From Eledone cirrhosa (lineage: Eukaryota), in assembly GCA_964016885.1 (NCBI GenBank), contig OZ024744.1:94612001-94676000 (forward strand): a DNA stretch of 64,000 nt, in the 5' to 3' direction. The position numbers and the translations under genes are program-made. How positions within the stretch are numbered: position 1 is the stretch's first letter; each line of letters opens with the position of its first letter. This document shows positions 44,150 through 56,961 of the stretch, in pieces. Below the pieces are notes generated by a model. The model worked only from the letters and a program-made list of their open reading frames with translations. It had not been told where the DNA came from and did no database searches.

Positions 44150-44494
44150 TCATTCATTATCATCATTTCATTTTACATCCACTTTTCCCTGCTTGCAAGG
44201 GTGGGACGGGAACTGATTCTGGCTTGATTTCTACAGCTGGATGCCCTTCCTAACACCAACCTCATTTACAGTGAGTGCTGGGTGCTTTTTTTGCCGTGGC
44301 ACCTCCACGACCACTTTACAGTGGAATGATATGGACCCCAGTCCCTATCATCTCAGTTCTACAGCTGAGTAAACTGGAGCAATGTGAAATAAAGTGCCTT
44401 GCTCAAGGAAACAACACATCACCCGGTCTGAGAATTGAACTCACAACCTTTCGATTGCAAGGCCAATGCTCTAACCACTAAGCCATGTGCCTCC
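44150..44494 (-). mobile_element. Same CORE-type SINE
   Basis: Reverse-complement match to 9645-9992. Confidence 0.85.
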
Positions 44495-44806
44495 ATATAT
44501 ATATATGAAAAGATTCAGGACTCTGATGACTGAGCTCCGGGCGTTTTGACAGCTAGATCCAAACTCCAAAATGAGTTCAGATCTAACAATCGAAACGGCC
44601 GGAGGTCAGTCATCAGTCCTGAATATTTTCATAACACCCACTCTACTACCCCAAGTACTCAGCTGGGTTATAGTCTAGCTGGCTTTTACTACATCCTCCC
44701 TGATATATATAATATATATATATATATAAATATATATTATAAAATAACAGAAGGTTTATTATACTATGAACATTTCAATGACCGGGTTCAGTATGAACCC
44801 GTTCGA

Positions 44807-44864
44807 ATACCTGATGATGTCACCGGATTCATACTGAACCCGGTCATTGAAATGTTCATAGTAT
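44807..44864 (+). ncRNA. Type I hammerhead in a small PLE-end insertion (~44735-45055) with a 47-bp inverted arm
   Basis: ATAC-CTGATGA-TGTCACCGGATTCA TAC TGAACCCGGTCATT-GAAA-TGTTCA-TA-GTAT. 44751-44797 is the reverse complement of 44828-44874. Confidence 0.75.
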
Positions 44865-45092
44865 AATAAACCTTTAAGGAATTACACCAGTCCAGTCTCC
44901 TGTTATTTTATAATAATTAAGTCCGTACTCGCACCACCAACAACACAAAGACGGGTGAGTTGCATTACGTCGAGTGCTCTCTCTAATATTACATCAAGGT
45001 CGACTATACGGAATGACCAGTCTATCCAGTGGTGAACCAACAAACCTAAATGAATATATATGTAAATATATATATATATATATATATAAAGT

Positions 45093-45372
45093 GTACGGGA
45101 GAGGAGACTGAGGTGGTATGGACATGTGATGCGCATGGAGGATGACCGATGGGTGAAGAAGTGCCAGGAAATGCCAGTTGAAGGAAGACGTGGTAGAGGT
45201 AGACCACGAAAAACATGGGTGGAGGTGGTGAGAACAGACCTCAGATCATTGAAGCTCACGGTGGAGATGACGAAGGACCGTGATGAGTGGAGAGATGCTG
45301 TGCTGAATAAGACCCGTCCCACCCTTGCAAGCAGGGAAAAGCGGACGTAAAATGATGATGATGATGATGATG
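45093..45372 (+). mobile_element. Second RTE family 3' fragment (probable SINE partner); further pieces at ~1993-2203 (-) and ~45500-45582 (-)
   Basis: RRLRWYGHVMRMEDDRWVKKC..GRPRKTW. Ends cccacccttgcaagcagggaaaagcggacgtaaaa(tga)n. Confidence 0.85.
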
Positions 45373-45734
45373 AAAACTAACAACTAGTTATTGTTCATTG
45401 AGGGGCTCATTCTACTGACATAGCTTATAAAAGAGGCTGTTTGCATAATTGCAAATGAATCGAATATTATTAATATAAAAAAAAACTCAGATTACATTTA
45501 TATCATCATCATCATCATTTTACGTCCGCTTTTCCTTGCTTGCAAGGGTTGGACAGGTCTTATTCAGCACAGCATCTCTCCGTAGGAAAGGTAAAGAAAA
45601 GGAGAGTGCTCTATGTAGGCTATAGAGCTATTTAGTTATGTATATATATATATGAAAACAGGGAGAAAGAGACGATTATCAGGAAGGAAAATATATTTTT
45701 TTCCCTTTTTATTTCTTTCTCTCTTTTTTCTGGG

Positions 45735-45777
<43 letters not shown>

Positions 45778-46046
45778 TACACACACACACGCATACAAAC
45801 ATGCATATATATTTTTCTTGTTTTTTTTTTTACTAGTTTCAGTCACAGACCGTGGCCAAACCCTGGATTAGTGGCCTGAAGATATTTAGTCTCATTTATC
45901 AATTTCAGTACTTTTTTTTTTTGTTCTTTTTCAAATCTGGAACTTACGTTATCAATCTTCTGTTGTTGAACTGCTAAGTTATGAGACAAACACAGGCATG
46001 AAAATAAACACACACATTTACACAGCTCTTTTTATATATATAAATG

Positions 46047-46724
46047 TATGGACCGAGACCTTTGGCGGTACTCAGTAATAGAGAAGACCCGCCTTACCTA
46101 AATACAAAGTAAAAACCTACTACAGTCAGTAGGCATCTCTATCAAAACACCCCCCCGTCCCACCACGCCCACCCCATCCACACCGCCCCTTTCAATGTAA
46201 AGTTATGTTGGTCCCACAACATCCAGGCCGAAACAAATGAGATCGTGTAGGTGTCACGACAAAAAAACACACAGTCCACGCTGTAAATGTGGCCGTGTAG
46301 GCAACACGGTAAAAACCTCCCAGCCCCACACTGTAAATGTGGTTGGTGTTAGGAAGGGCATCCAGCTGTAGAAAACCCGCCAGACAGTCCACGCTGTAAT
46401 GTGGCCGTGTAGGCAACACGGTAAAAACCTCCCAGACCCACACTGTAAATGTGGTTGGTGTTAGGAAGGGCATCCAGCTGTAGAAAACCCGCCAGACAGT
46501 CCACGCTGTAATGTGGCCGTGTAGGCAACACGGTAAAAACCTCCCAGCCCCACACTGTAAATGTGGTTGGTGTTAGGAAGGGCATCCAACTGTAGAAAAC
46601 CCGCCAGACAGTCCTATGCGAGCAAGACAACCACTCTTGCCTCAAGTGGGAAAACCCCCGTCCAAACCCATGCAAGCGTGGAACACGGACGCTAAACCTG
46701 ATGATGATGATGATGATGATGATG
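46047..46724 (+). mobile_element. RTE LINE 3' UTR copy with three internal ~120-bp repeats
   Basis: Near-identical to 35240-35790 with one extra 120-bp unit; (GAT)n tail. Confidence 0.85.
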
Positions 46725-47084
46725 AAATGTATATATAAATGTAGTTGGTATTAGAAAGGGCACCCAGCTGTAAAAACCCTGGCCAAATTTATAGTCCCGT
46801 CAGAGCAAGGTATGGTGTGGCCAATCCTGGCCAGACTTGTCTCCTTGACACAGACGACCCGTCTGCCCCATGCAAGCATGGAAAAATGGATGTTAAACGG
46901 TGATGATTATATATATATATATATATATATAATCATAGAAACAATTATATATATATATCATAGAAACAATTATATATATATATATATATATCATATATAC
47001 ATATGTTAAATGCCCAGGCTTGTGTCTTGGAAGGAAACTTTCTAGATGCAAAACCATGGTCATTAGTGACTGATTGGGTCTTAT

Positions 47085-47690
47085 ATATGTTAAATGATAG
47101 TGGTCTAGTCCTTATAGCTGAATCGTTGGAGAAGATGGAGGAACCGAGTGACCTAAAAGTAAGCTTAGTGAAAACTAAGGTCTTGTTAGGGGGAAAAGGA
47201 GGACATGAGCGTGATACCATCAGGGAAGTGACCTTGTTCAATAAGTGTACGAGGAGTGGGCAGAAGTTCCATATGGTGCACACAGTGTAACCTGTGGGCA
47301 CACAGAAGTAGTGGGATTGACAGGCAGGTTGGCAGAGAAAATAGACTTTGTATGCAGCAGATACAGAAGCTAAGAAAGTACTAGGAGCAAGCGGGGTGTG
47401 GGGTTGGAGAGAAATAGATTCTCTCATTTGTCAGGGAGCCTCCCTAGAGGTAGACAGGATTTTGTTGCCTGGGTGACCTAGATGGCAATGGTTGGAAAGT
47501 GGCTGGCTGGGGGTGGGGGACATTTAAAATAGGGTTTGGTGGCCTGTGTGAGAACAAGCCAGAGGGGGTTTGCTGACAATAAAGGGCTTCTTTTGCAAAA
47601 GGCTAGGCTGTGTGATACCTGTGTGCCAGCAATGTTACATGACTGGGAAATATAGGCTTTTATTGTAGATAGAAAAACGTTTGATGATAA
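47085..47690 (+). mobile_element. Highly decayed RTE fragment
   Basis: Remnant LY.....LVLIAES..LKVSLVKTKVL similar to the RTE RT region. Confidence 0.5.
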
Positions 47691-48116
47691 TAATATATGT
47701 AAGCATGTGTGTGCATGTATATGTACGTGAATATATGCCTATATGTTTGTCTATATGAGAGTATGTGCATGAAAGCATATCTCTTATTTGTGCGTATGTG
47801 TATATATATATCTGTGTGTGTAAGTGTGTGTGTATGTATATATATATATATATAGTATAAAAAAACGAAAAATCAGTGATGCATCTGGACTCAGTTTATT
47901 GCGTGTTTCGCCGGCAGGTAGCTCGAGACATGGTCACTGTATGGATCTGGCTGATTCTACGGCTGCATGTACCTTCGGACACATGCAATTCTTACGGAGC
48001 AAATTTTCTCACTATATTATATATATATATATACTTCGCTTTTCGATATTTACTCCGTCACTCCTATGTGGAAAAAGTACGTTGAGTGCTTGAATTGAAT
48101 TGCATCAATGTTTACC

Positions 48117-48185
<69 letters not shown>

Positions 48186-48188
48186 TCA

Positions 48189-49181
48189 CAGTGGTACCTT
48201 GACTTAGGAGTTTAATTTGTTCCGTGACAGACCTTGTAACACAAATTACTCTTATGTCAAATCAATTTTCCCCATTAAAATGAATTAAAATGCCATTAAT
48301 CCGTTCCAGGCCCACAAAAAAACACCCCAATTTTTTTGTTTACGCGTCTTTAAATAAGAAAAAATGTACTTAGAATTAACGAATATTGTATAAAAAACAA
48401 TACAATAGAATGTACTGCAATAAACTGGTTTTATTAAGTATAATGTACAGTATTTACGTTGGAGATCAGATAACTTGAGGATGCTGACGGAGGTGGAGGA
48501 GAAAGGCTGAACTGAATAACTGAATCTTATTCGCTGATTTTTGCCCTTTTCGCCACGCTTTCCCCACTTTTATCTACAGGAGTTTTCAATAAAAACCTGT
48601 CCAATAAGGGTTGTTTCATTCTCCCCTTCAGAATGTTTCTGAAATGAGTTAGGCAAGTGTCACAAAATAGCGCCATCGTACGCCCAGTTGCAACTTTTTC
48701 TGGGTGTTTCTTTTGAATAAAGTCTGAAAGTTTTCCCTACATTCCCAATATTTCCTGTATCTCACATGTAGTGATAACCTCCTCTGCCTCACCTTTTTCC
48801 TGCAAAACCTCCGTGTGCTGCTGCATCTGTAGCTCCTTTAGCTCCCCTGTTGTCAGTTTCTCGGAGTGCTCCTCAATGAGCTCGGTGATGTCACCTTCAT
48901 CCATGTCCAGACCCATGGACTTGCCGAGGGACACGATCTCTTCCACCACTGCCACTTCGGGTTCGAGTCTTTCAAAGGCTGTTTCAGACGCAACCTCAGA
49001 CTACAGCTTCTTCCACACAGAGGTCAAGGTCCTCTTTGTAACACTCTGCCAGGTCATATCGATAATTCTGAGGCATATCACGATGTTATAGAGGTCCTTC
49101 GAGAACTCTCGAAGGTTGAGGTTTGTGTTCTCCGTCACCTCAAAGCAACGGCGGAACAGGTGCTTGGTGAAGGTACCACTG
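48189..49181 (-). mobile_element. Internally deleted Tigger/pogo DNA transposon
   Basis: TIRs CAGTGGTACCTT / AAGGTACCACTG. TIGD1-like C-terminal remnant (VVEEIVSLGKSMGL..DITELIEEH..LT..EL; W..VT..TL..VWKKL). Confidence 0.85.
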
Positions 49182-49199
49182 TATATATATATATATAAA

Positions 49200-49710
49200 C
49201 TGACCTTGCACACTTACACCTCTCTAAGACAATGCCACCTGATCGAGATCTTTGACGTTACGCAGTAATACAGAATACCCACCTTCCCTTGCGTACAAAG
49301 TTAAACCTACAGTCAGTAGGCTCCTCTTAACCCAATATGCACCCGACCCCGCTACTGCTACTCCAGCCTCTTACTTCTGCACCCACACCACCCTTTCTCT
49401 GTAAAGTTATGTTGGTACTAGAGAACATCCAATCCACACTGTAAAGTGGTCGTGTAGGTGACATGACAAAAAGCATGCAGTCCACGTTGTAAAGTGGTCG
49501 TCTAGGTGACACGGTAAAAAGGCTCCCAGTCCACAATGTAAAAGTGGTTGGTGTTAGGAAGGGCATCCAGCCATAGAAAACCAGCCAGAAACAGTTCTGT
49601 ATGTGCGAGACATGGTCACCCGACCAATCTCGCCTCAAGTGGGACAATTCCCGTCTAACCCATACTAGTGTGAAAGATAGTCGTTAAATAATGATGACGA
49701 TGATGATGAG
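49200..49710 (+). mobile_element. Older RTE LINE 3' end
   Basis: Diverged match to the RTE C-terminal coding end and 3' UTR; GAT tail. Confidence 0.7.
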
Positions 49711-49754
<44 letters not shown>

Positions 49755-49908
49755 TGGTAGAGCAAGGTTTATATCGACCTCAAAAACCTAAAAGCATTTA
49801 TATTTTTCTCATCCTTGAGTTGTCATTGAAAAACAGATTGGTGTTGTGGTGTCAACTAGGAATCACCATTGTTTATATCTCACAAGCAACAAATGGCTTT
49901 GATTGGTT

Positions 49909-49994
49909 CAAGAACAAATCAAATGTAACAACATTTCTGTTATACTGCCATTTCCTTGTTTTAAAATATTGTTTTATGAATCAGCACGTGTGTC

Positions 49995-50038
<44 letters not shown>

Positions 50039-50069
50039 GACATGTATATATATCATCATCATCATCATC

Positions 50070-50102
<33 letters not shown>

Positions 50103-50190
50103 GAGACACACGTGCTGATTCATAAAACAATATTTTAAAACAAGGAAATGGCAGTATAACAGAAATGTTGTTACATTTGATTTGTTCTTG
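49909..50190. repeat. Local inverted duplication, ~90-bp arms around a TA/CAT spacer
   Basis: 49909-49999 is the reverse complement of 50100-50190. Confidence 0.9.
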
Positions 50191-50802
50191 TGTGTGTCTT
50201 GAGTGCGTGTGCATCTGTGTGCGTCTATATGTGTGTGTGTGTGTGTGCGTCTATATGTGTGGTGTGTGTAATGTTATGGTGAAGGTTTAGTGGTTTAATG
50301 GTTGGGGTAATTGGGTTCATGATTGTGTTTTAAAATATTTTATGCATCAACGTGTGAGTGTGAATGTCTGTGTGAATGTGTGTGTGTGTGTGGGAGTGTG
50401 AATGTGTATGTGAATGTGTGCGTGTGTGTGAGAGTGTGAATGTATGGTTAGTGTAATATTGTTATGGTGAGGGTTTAGTGGTTTAGTGGTTGGGTTAATT
50501 CAATTCATGGTTGTGTTTTAAAATATTGTTTTATGTACCAACATGTGTGAGAGTGTGAATATCTGTGTGAGTGTGTGAATGTGTGAGTGTGTGATTGTAA
50601 TATGTGTGTGTGTGTATTATTGTTATGGTGAAGTTTTAGTGGTTGGGGTAATTTGGTTCACAATTGTATTTCAGAATATTTTGTGAATCAACCCCTGTGT
50701 GTTTGTGTCTGTGTGTGTGTGTGTGTGTGTGTATGTGCATGCACTTGCATGTATATTTGTGCATGCACATGTATGTGTATTTGTGCATGATATTGTTATG
50801 GT

Positions 50803-51125
50803 GAAGGTATATGACTTAGAGGTTAGTGTGTTTGGCTCATGACTTGTAAGGTTGCATGTTTGATTCCCAGCGACATGTTGTGTCCTTGATCAAGACACTT
50901 TATTTCACATTCCTCCAGTCCACTCAGCTAGCAAAAATGAGTTGTATCTGTAATTCAAATGGATCAGCCTAGTCACACAGTGTTTCATGATAAATCTCCC
51001 TGAGAACTATGTACATGTATGTGTCTGTGGAATGCTCAGTCACTTTCTTGCACATTAATTTCCCAAGTAGGATAACTGGAACTTATTATCAGAACCAATG
51101 GAGGTTCAACAATGATATTGTTATG
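50803..51125 (+). mobile_element. Older CORE-type SINE
   Basis: Degenerate A/B boxes followed by CCTTGATCAAGACACTTTATTTCACATT. Confidence 0.65.
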
Positions 51126-52189
51126 AAAACATTAGAAAATAAATTATTGAGATTCCATTTAAAGGAATTTTTTTTTTCCTTAAAGATAACTTTAGTAAGA
51201 TTTTCTTTAACTTTTCTTTTACCCTTTTGCTAGTTTCAGTATTGAACTGTGACCATGTTGGAAAACAACCACGAAGGGTTTCAAGTCAATCATCTGTTTC
51301 TTAACCCCTTAGCATTTACATTACTCTATATTTACTGTTGTATTTTCACATTAAAGGCTTTACTTTTCATAATATCTCACATGATATTGAATCTATGAGA
51401 TTTTGATATTATTTATTTTGAGAACAATACCTTAACATCAGTATGAGTGGTCAGTTACAGCTGGTTTGAACAGAAAGAGACGAGAGAATTCTGTGGGTTA
51501 ATACACACACACGCACATCTGTATTTAGCAAATATGCACATGAAATAAGGACATAAATGACAAACGAACACAAGCATTTATTGTCCTCTTCAGCTTTTAG
51601 AATAGACTAGAAACACTATATCCCTGCATGTCATGAGAGGTAACGAGAAGATTTGGTACCTAGAAGGACATTAAACCATAAAATATTCCTCAAAAGGTCC
51701 ACTCCAACCCATGCCAGCATGAGAAAGATTTTAAAACGATAGTGACCAGACAAAAAACACCCAGCCCACACTGTAAAGTGGTCATGTAGGTGTCACGACA
51801 AAAAACACACAGTCCACACTATAAAGTGTTGATGTTGTCATGACAAAAAGTGCCCAGTCCACACTGTGAAGTGGTTGTGTAAGTGCTACGACAAAAAACA
51901 TCCAGTCCACACTGTCAACGTGGTTGGTGTTAGGAAGGGCCACCAACCATAGAAACCAAGCCAAAACCAGTTCTGTATAAGCAAAACACGGGCACCTGAC
52001 CTGGCTTGTCTCACAATAGGACAGCCTGTCTCTGCACATTGGGATTGAAGCCAGAAACCAGAAACAAGAATCTCATGGCTACAAAGCAAACTTTTTGAAC
52101 ACATGACCATGCTTGCATCTAACTGTGCACGCACACACACACATCATCATCATCATCATTTTACATCCATTTTTCCATGCTAGCATGGG

Positions 52190-52240
<51 letters not shown>

Positions 52241-52420
52241 TATCTAAAAGTGTATCTATTAAAATTTGAAATTAGCAGATTAACTATGCTATTTATTATA
52301 TGGGACATTCTGTCAACACTGAAAGAGGAAACCAGTAATACTAGATTATTTGGGTAAATGTGTTTAAAAAATACTGACCAGAAGTATCATTTACTATATA
52401 CAACTATGTATATATGTATA

Positions 52421-52473
<53 letters not shown>

Positions 52474-52809
52474 TTATTCATACATTGGGTGGTGTAAGTC
52501 GTATGGTTTATGTGACAAGATTGAAGGTTGTGTATTGAGCGAGAAAGAAAAGAAATGGTGTTCTAATTTCATTATAGTTATTGTTCTTGCATATCTCAAG
52601 GTCAGCTTTGATCAAAGGTATTCCAGTCACGAAAATCTCTCTCTCTCTCTCTCTCTCTCTTGCAGGGTATGACAGACCTTAGATTGCATTTTAACCAATG
52701 TATTCTTTTCTCAAATGGTGGTGTGGAGGTTTGGCTACTATTTCTAGCAAGTTAAACACCTTATAGAGAGGATGTTTTTTGGTTATAGTTGTAGATGTAG
52801 ACCAGCAGG

Positions 52810-52865
<56 letters not shown>

Positions 52866-53021
52866 CGAGGGCAGTAAGATCGGGTCTGGTTGTTGAAAGT
52901 TAGGCCTTGTTGATGATAAGTTGACAGGAACCTGTTCTGAAAATTTGTGTGTAACTCTCATGTCAGCTCATAAAAAAAAATGATGATTATTTTGATAATG
53001 AATTACATAACATCCCAGAGA

Positions 53022-53680
53022 CACCTACATGACCACTTTACAGTGTGGACTGGGTGCTTTTTGTCATGACACCTACATGACCACTCTACAGTGTGGTCTG
53101 GGTGCTTTTTGTCATGACATCTACATGACCACTTTACAGTGTGGACTGGGTGCTTTTTGTCATGACACCTACATGACCACTCTACAGTGTGGTCTGGGTG
53201 CTTTTTGTCATGACACCTACATGACCACTTTACAGTGAGTATTGGGTGCTTTTTGTCATGACACCTACATGACCACTCTACAGTGTGGACTGGGTGCTTT
53301 TTGTCGTGACACCTACATGACCACTCTACAGTGTGGACTGGGTGCTTTTTGTTGTGACACACCTATATGACCACTTTACAGTATTGGCTGGGTGCTTTTT
53401 GTCGTGACTCCTACATGACCACCTTACAGTGTGGACTGGGTGCTTTTTGTTGTGAGACCTACATGACCACTTTACAGTGTGGACTGGGTCCTTTTTGTCA
53501 TGACACCTACATGACCACTTTACAGTGTGGACTGGGTCCTTTTTGTCGTGGCACCTACATGACCACTTTACAGTGTGGACTGGGTGCTTTTTGTCGTGAC
53601 ACCTACATGACCACTTTACAGTGTGGACTGGGTGCTTTTTGTTGTGACACCTACATGACCACTTTACAGTGTGGACTGGG
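53022..53680 (+). repeat. 48-bp minisatellite, ~14 copies; related arrays at ~1190-1580 (-), ~51750-51920 (-), ~63052-63470 (+)
   Basis: Unit ACCTACATGACCACTTTACAGTGTGGACTGGGTGCTTTTTGTCATGAC. Confidence 0.92.
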
Positions 53681-54487
53681 TGTGGTGCATGTGGATAGGA
53701 GAGGTAGATTTATGGGTGGGGTTTGGGGGTTTATTAGATGAAGGGTGGGCTGTCTGGACGTGGATGGGGGGGAAATTGTATGAGATTATATAAACAAGAC
53801 TTGGTTGACTTATGAAGCCCTGGGAAATTTGAAAAGGTAGCCACCACAATGAAAAAAGTAGACGTTAAATGATGGTGGCGATGGTGATGATTTAAGAACT
53901 AAAATAATTTTTGGATTATCCGGTTTAGAATAGGCACATTGTATCCCTGCTTTTTACGTTCCGAGTTCAAATCCGACTGACGTTAGCTTTGCCTTTCGTC
54001 ATTACTGGGTCGATAAAATAAAGTACCTGTGATGGACTGGAGTTGATTTTATTCACTTTTCCCTCCTTCAAGATGTTGACCTTGTGCCTAAACCAGAAAC
54101 CATTATTGTTATTGTATTTATTATTGGGGTGACTATATTTCAAATTTTGCCCTGCCAAGATCAACCATTGCCTTTCATCCTTTTATGGGAGGAGTTTATA
54201 AACTAAAGTACTATTCACGGTACTTTAGTTTATAGACTGGTGGAATTGTCAAAGACTCAGGTGAAAAAAAAACTTTATGGTATTTGTTACATTTTTCTTT
54301 TTCACTTTTTTCTGTTGAAATATTGTTGTGGCCGATGTACATTATTCTATGTACTATACATGCACTTTTGATGAGTTGTAGTGCACCTGAGCACTGTACA
54401 CAATAATTTCCATTATCATGGGTGATAAACTTAATCCACCTGACCATCTGGTACTCGGATGACTTTAATTATTTACTCTGTTGCAAG

Positions 54488-54581
54488 CATCGTCATCACC
54501 ACCACCTTCACCATCACCACCACCACCACCACCACCACCTTCACCATCACCATCATCATCACCACCACCATCATCATCACC

Positions 54582-54612
<31 letters not shown>

Positions 54613-54689
54613 CCATCACCTCCACCATCACCACCACCACCACCACCACCATCATCACCATCATCATCACCACCACCATCATCACCACC

Positions 54690-54720
<31 letters not shown>

Positions 54721-54848
54721 CCATCACCTCCACCATCACCACCACCACCACCACCACCACCATCATCACCATCATCATCACCACCACCATCATCATCACC
54801 ACCACCACCATCATCATCATCATCACCATCACCATCACCATCACCACC

Positions 54849-54879
<31 letters not shown>

Positions 54880-54985
54880 CCATCACCTTCACCATCACCA
54901 CCACCACCACCACCACCATCATCACCATCATCATCACCATCACCATCACCACCACCACCACCACCACCATCATCACCATCATCAT

Positions 54986-55016
<31 letters not shown>

Positions 55017-55222
55017 CCCACCACCACCATCATCATCATCACCACTACCACAATCATCACCATCATCATCATCATCATCACCACCATCACCATCATCATC
55101 ACCACTACCACAATCATCACCATTACCACCACCACCACCACCACAATCATCATCACTACCACATTCACCACCACAACAATCATCACCACCATCACCACCA
55201 CCACAATCATCATCACCATCAT
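54488..55222 (+). repeat. (CAC/CAT)n compound trinucleotide repeat, ~730 bp
   Basis: Seen directly; gives poly-H/T/P ORFs in all frames. Confidence 0.95.
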
Positions 55223-55800
55223 TATATCAGTTTTTCCATGCTAGCATGTGTTGAACAAGTCTTGTATGATCACATTACGTCCCTTTACGGACTGAGTTCA
55301 AATCCTGCCAAGGTTAACTTTGCCTTTCATCCTTACGGGGGTCGATAAAATAAAGTACCAGTAATACACTGGGTAATTGCTGGCCTTGTGCCAAAAAGTA
55401 GAAACCATTGTGTGTTGTGTTGAGAGTTACGGCCCTTGCCATTCTGAGTTTGAATTCCGCCGAGGTTAACTTTGCCTTTCATCCTTACGGGGTCGATAAC
55501 ATAAAATACCAGTAATGTACTGGGTAATTGATGGCCTTGTGCCAAAAAGTAGAAACAATTATGTGTTGTGTTGCTTCAATATCTGGCACACACAATAAAC
55601 GCCCTCCCCCACCAATCTTTGTTATTTTGTCATTACTCTATTATATATTCCAGCCGAAAGGCTGAGGCCATGCTGGGGTGCTGTCATTAAGAATACTTAT
55701 TTTTTTTTTTTGTATAGTCCTTACAACTAGATATGTCTTATTTAGTGGCAACCATTTTACATTAATGTATTGGCACATTTTAAAGTGCCCCTGGCTTTAA

Positions 55801-56004
55801 CCCTTTAGTATTTACATTACTCTATATATACTATTGTATTTCATGGTAAAGGCTTTATCTCATGTAATATTGAATCTGTGAGATTTTGATATCTATTTTG
55901 AGAACAATATTTTAACATCAGTATGAGTAGCCAGTTATGGCCAGTTTGTACAGAAAGAGGTGAGAGAATTCTGGCTGGGTATGGCTGGTTTACATGCTAA
56001 AAGG
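55801..56004. mobile_element. piggyBac-like MITE; second copy at 51305-51497
   Basis: TTAA flanks, CC..TTAG.ATTTA / TA.ATGCTAA..GG termini, two homologous copies. Confidence 0.65.
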
Positions 56005-56321
56005 TTAAAGAATTCACTTTCTTAAACCTGTATCAAGCAGTGTTACTGCTCTCTTAGATTACCTTTGCTGTGGGTGTGTATATGAAGTCAGCCAACTGTC
56101 CTTTTGTCTGTTCCTTCATGTGTTTACATGTATATACAGCATGAGATGGCTGCATTTTATAATGCCATTCCACTTGAAACAGTCAAGTAGAATGTTTAAA
56201 TGGAATGCTGTGGAAAACAATATTTGATCTCTTTTCAATTAAGCTGGCAGAAAAACTGATATTTTTAAGGAATTGGTCAGTGTGATAGACTAGATTAGGT
56301 CCATCACAACACCTCATGGAA

Positions 56322-56370
56322 GCTTCCTGATGATTTCTCTCGAATGAAACAGTTCTAGTCCTGTAGAAGC
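56322..56370 (+). ncRNA. Type I hammerhead with a conventional hairpin stem III
   Basis: GCTTC-CTGATGA-T TTC TCTC GAA T-GAAA-CAG TTCTAGTC CTG-TA-GAAGC; GUA site. Confidence 0.82.
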
Positions 56371-56456
56371 CTTTTCTATATTAAATATTTATACTCTGCT
56401 TTGTATCGAGTACCTTACTTACTGTGGTTACCTCCGATTGAACCCGGGATAAACAT

Positions 56457-56502
<46 letters not shown>

Positions 56503-56532
56503 AGATCAAAAGATGGTTAAAAGAGTTCCATG

Positions 56533-56603
56533 TATTTTATTATGCGTATTTCAAAAACAAATATCATCATGCGATGACATTTGCGTTTTCGTCAGATAAA
56601 ATA
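56533..56603 (-). ncRNA. Type I hammerhead ribozyme
   Basis: TATTTTAT-CTGACGA-AAACGCAAATGTCATC..GATGATATTTGTTTTT-GAAA-TACGCA-TA-ATAAAATA on minus strand. Confidence 0.8.
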
Positions 56604-56961
56604 GGGAGACATGATATGAAGGTTAAAAAACACTTGTGAATAGTGCAGTTTTAAATAAACATATGAAAAGTAGTTTTAGATTGATGTGATATTGGGAAAA
56701 AATTGAGGGGGGTGGGGGGTGGAAAGGATGAAAAAGAGATGAGAGTAAAAAGTGGAGGGGGAGGAGTATAATAAGGGAGGATGAGATAGGAGGAGAGATG
56801 GGTGATATAGAGAGAGAGATAGCTTTTATAACTGAGAAAAATATATTGTTTTACATAGAGAGGTTAAAAAACCTTTGGAAGATAATATATAAATTAAAAG
56901 AATTTGAAAATTAACGAAGAGAAAATTTTTAGAATAATGTTAAATTAAGGTTTGTATATTG

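Noticed and set aside
53022-53680. CRISPR-like or repeat-protein array
   Set aside because: Head-to-tail units with no unique spacers, eukaryotic context; the 16-aa periodic ORFs simply reflect the 48-bp unit.
54422-55348. 308-aa poly-His ORF (and poly-T/P/M-V frames)
   Set aside because: Triplet repeat open in most frames, attached to a retroelement terminus.
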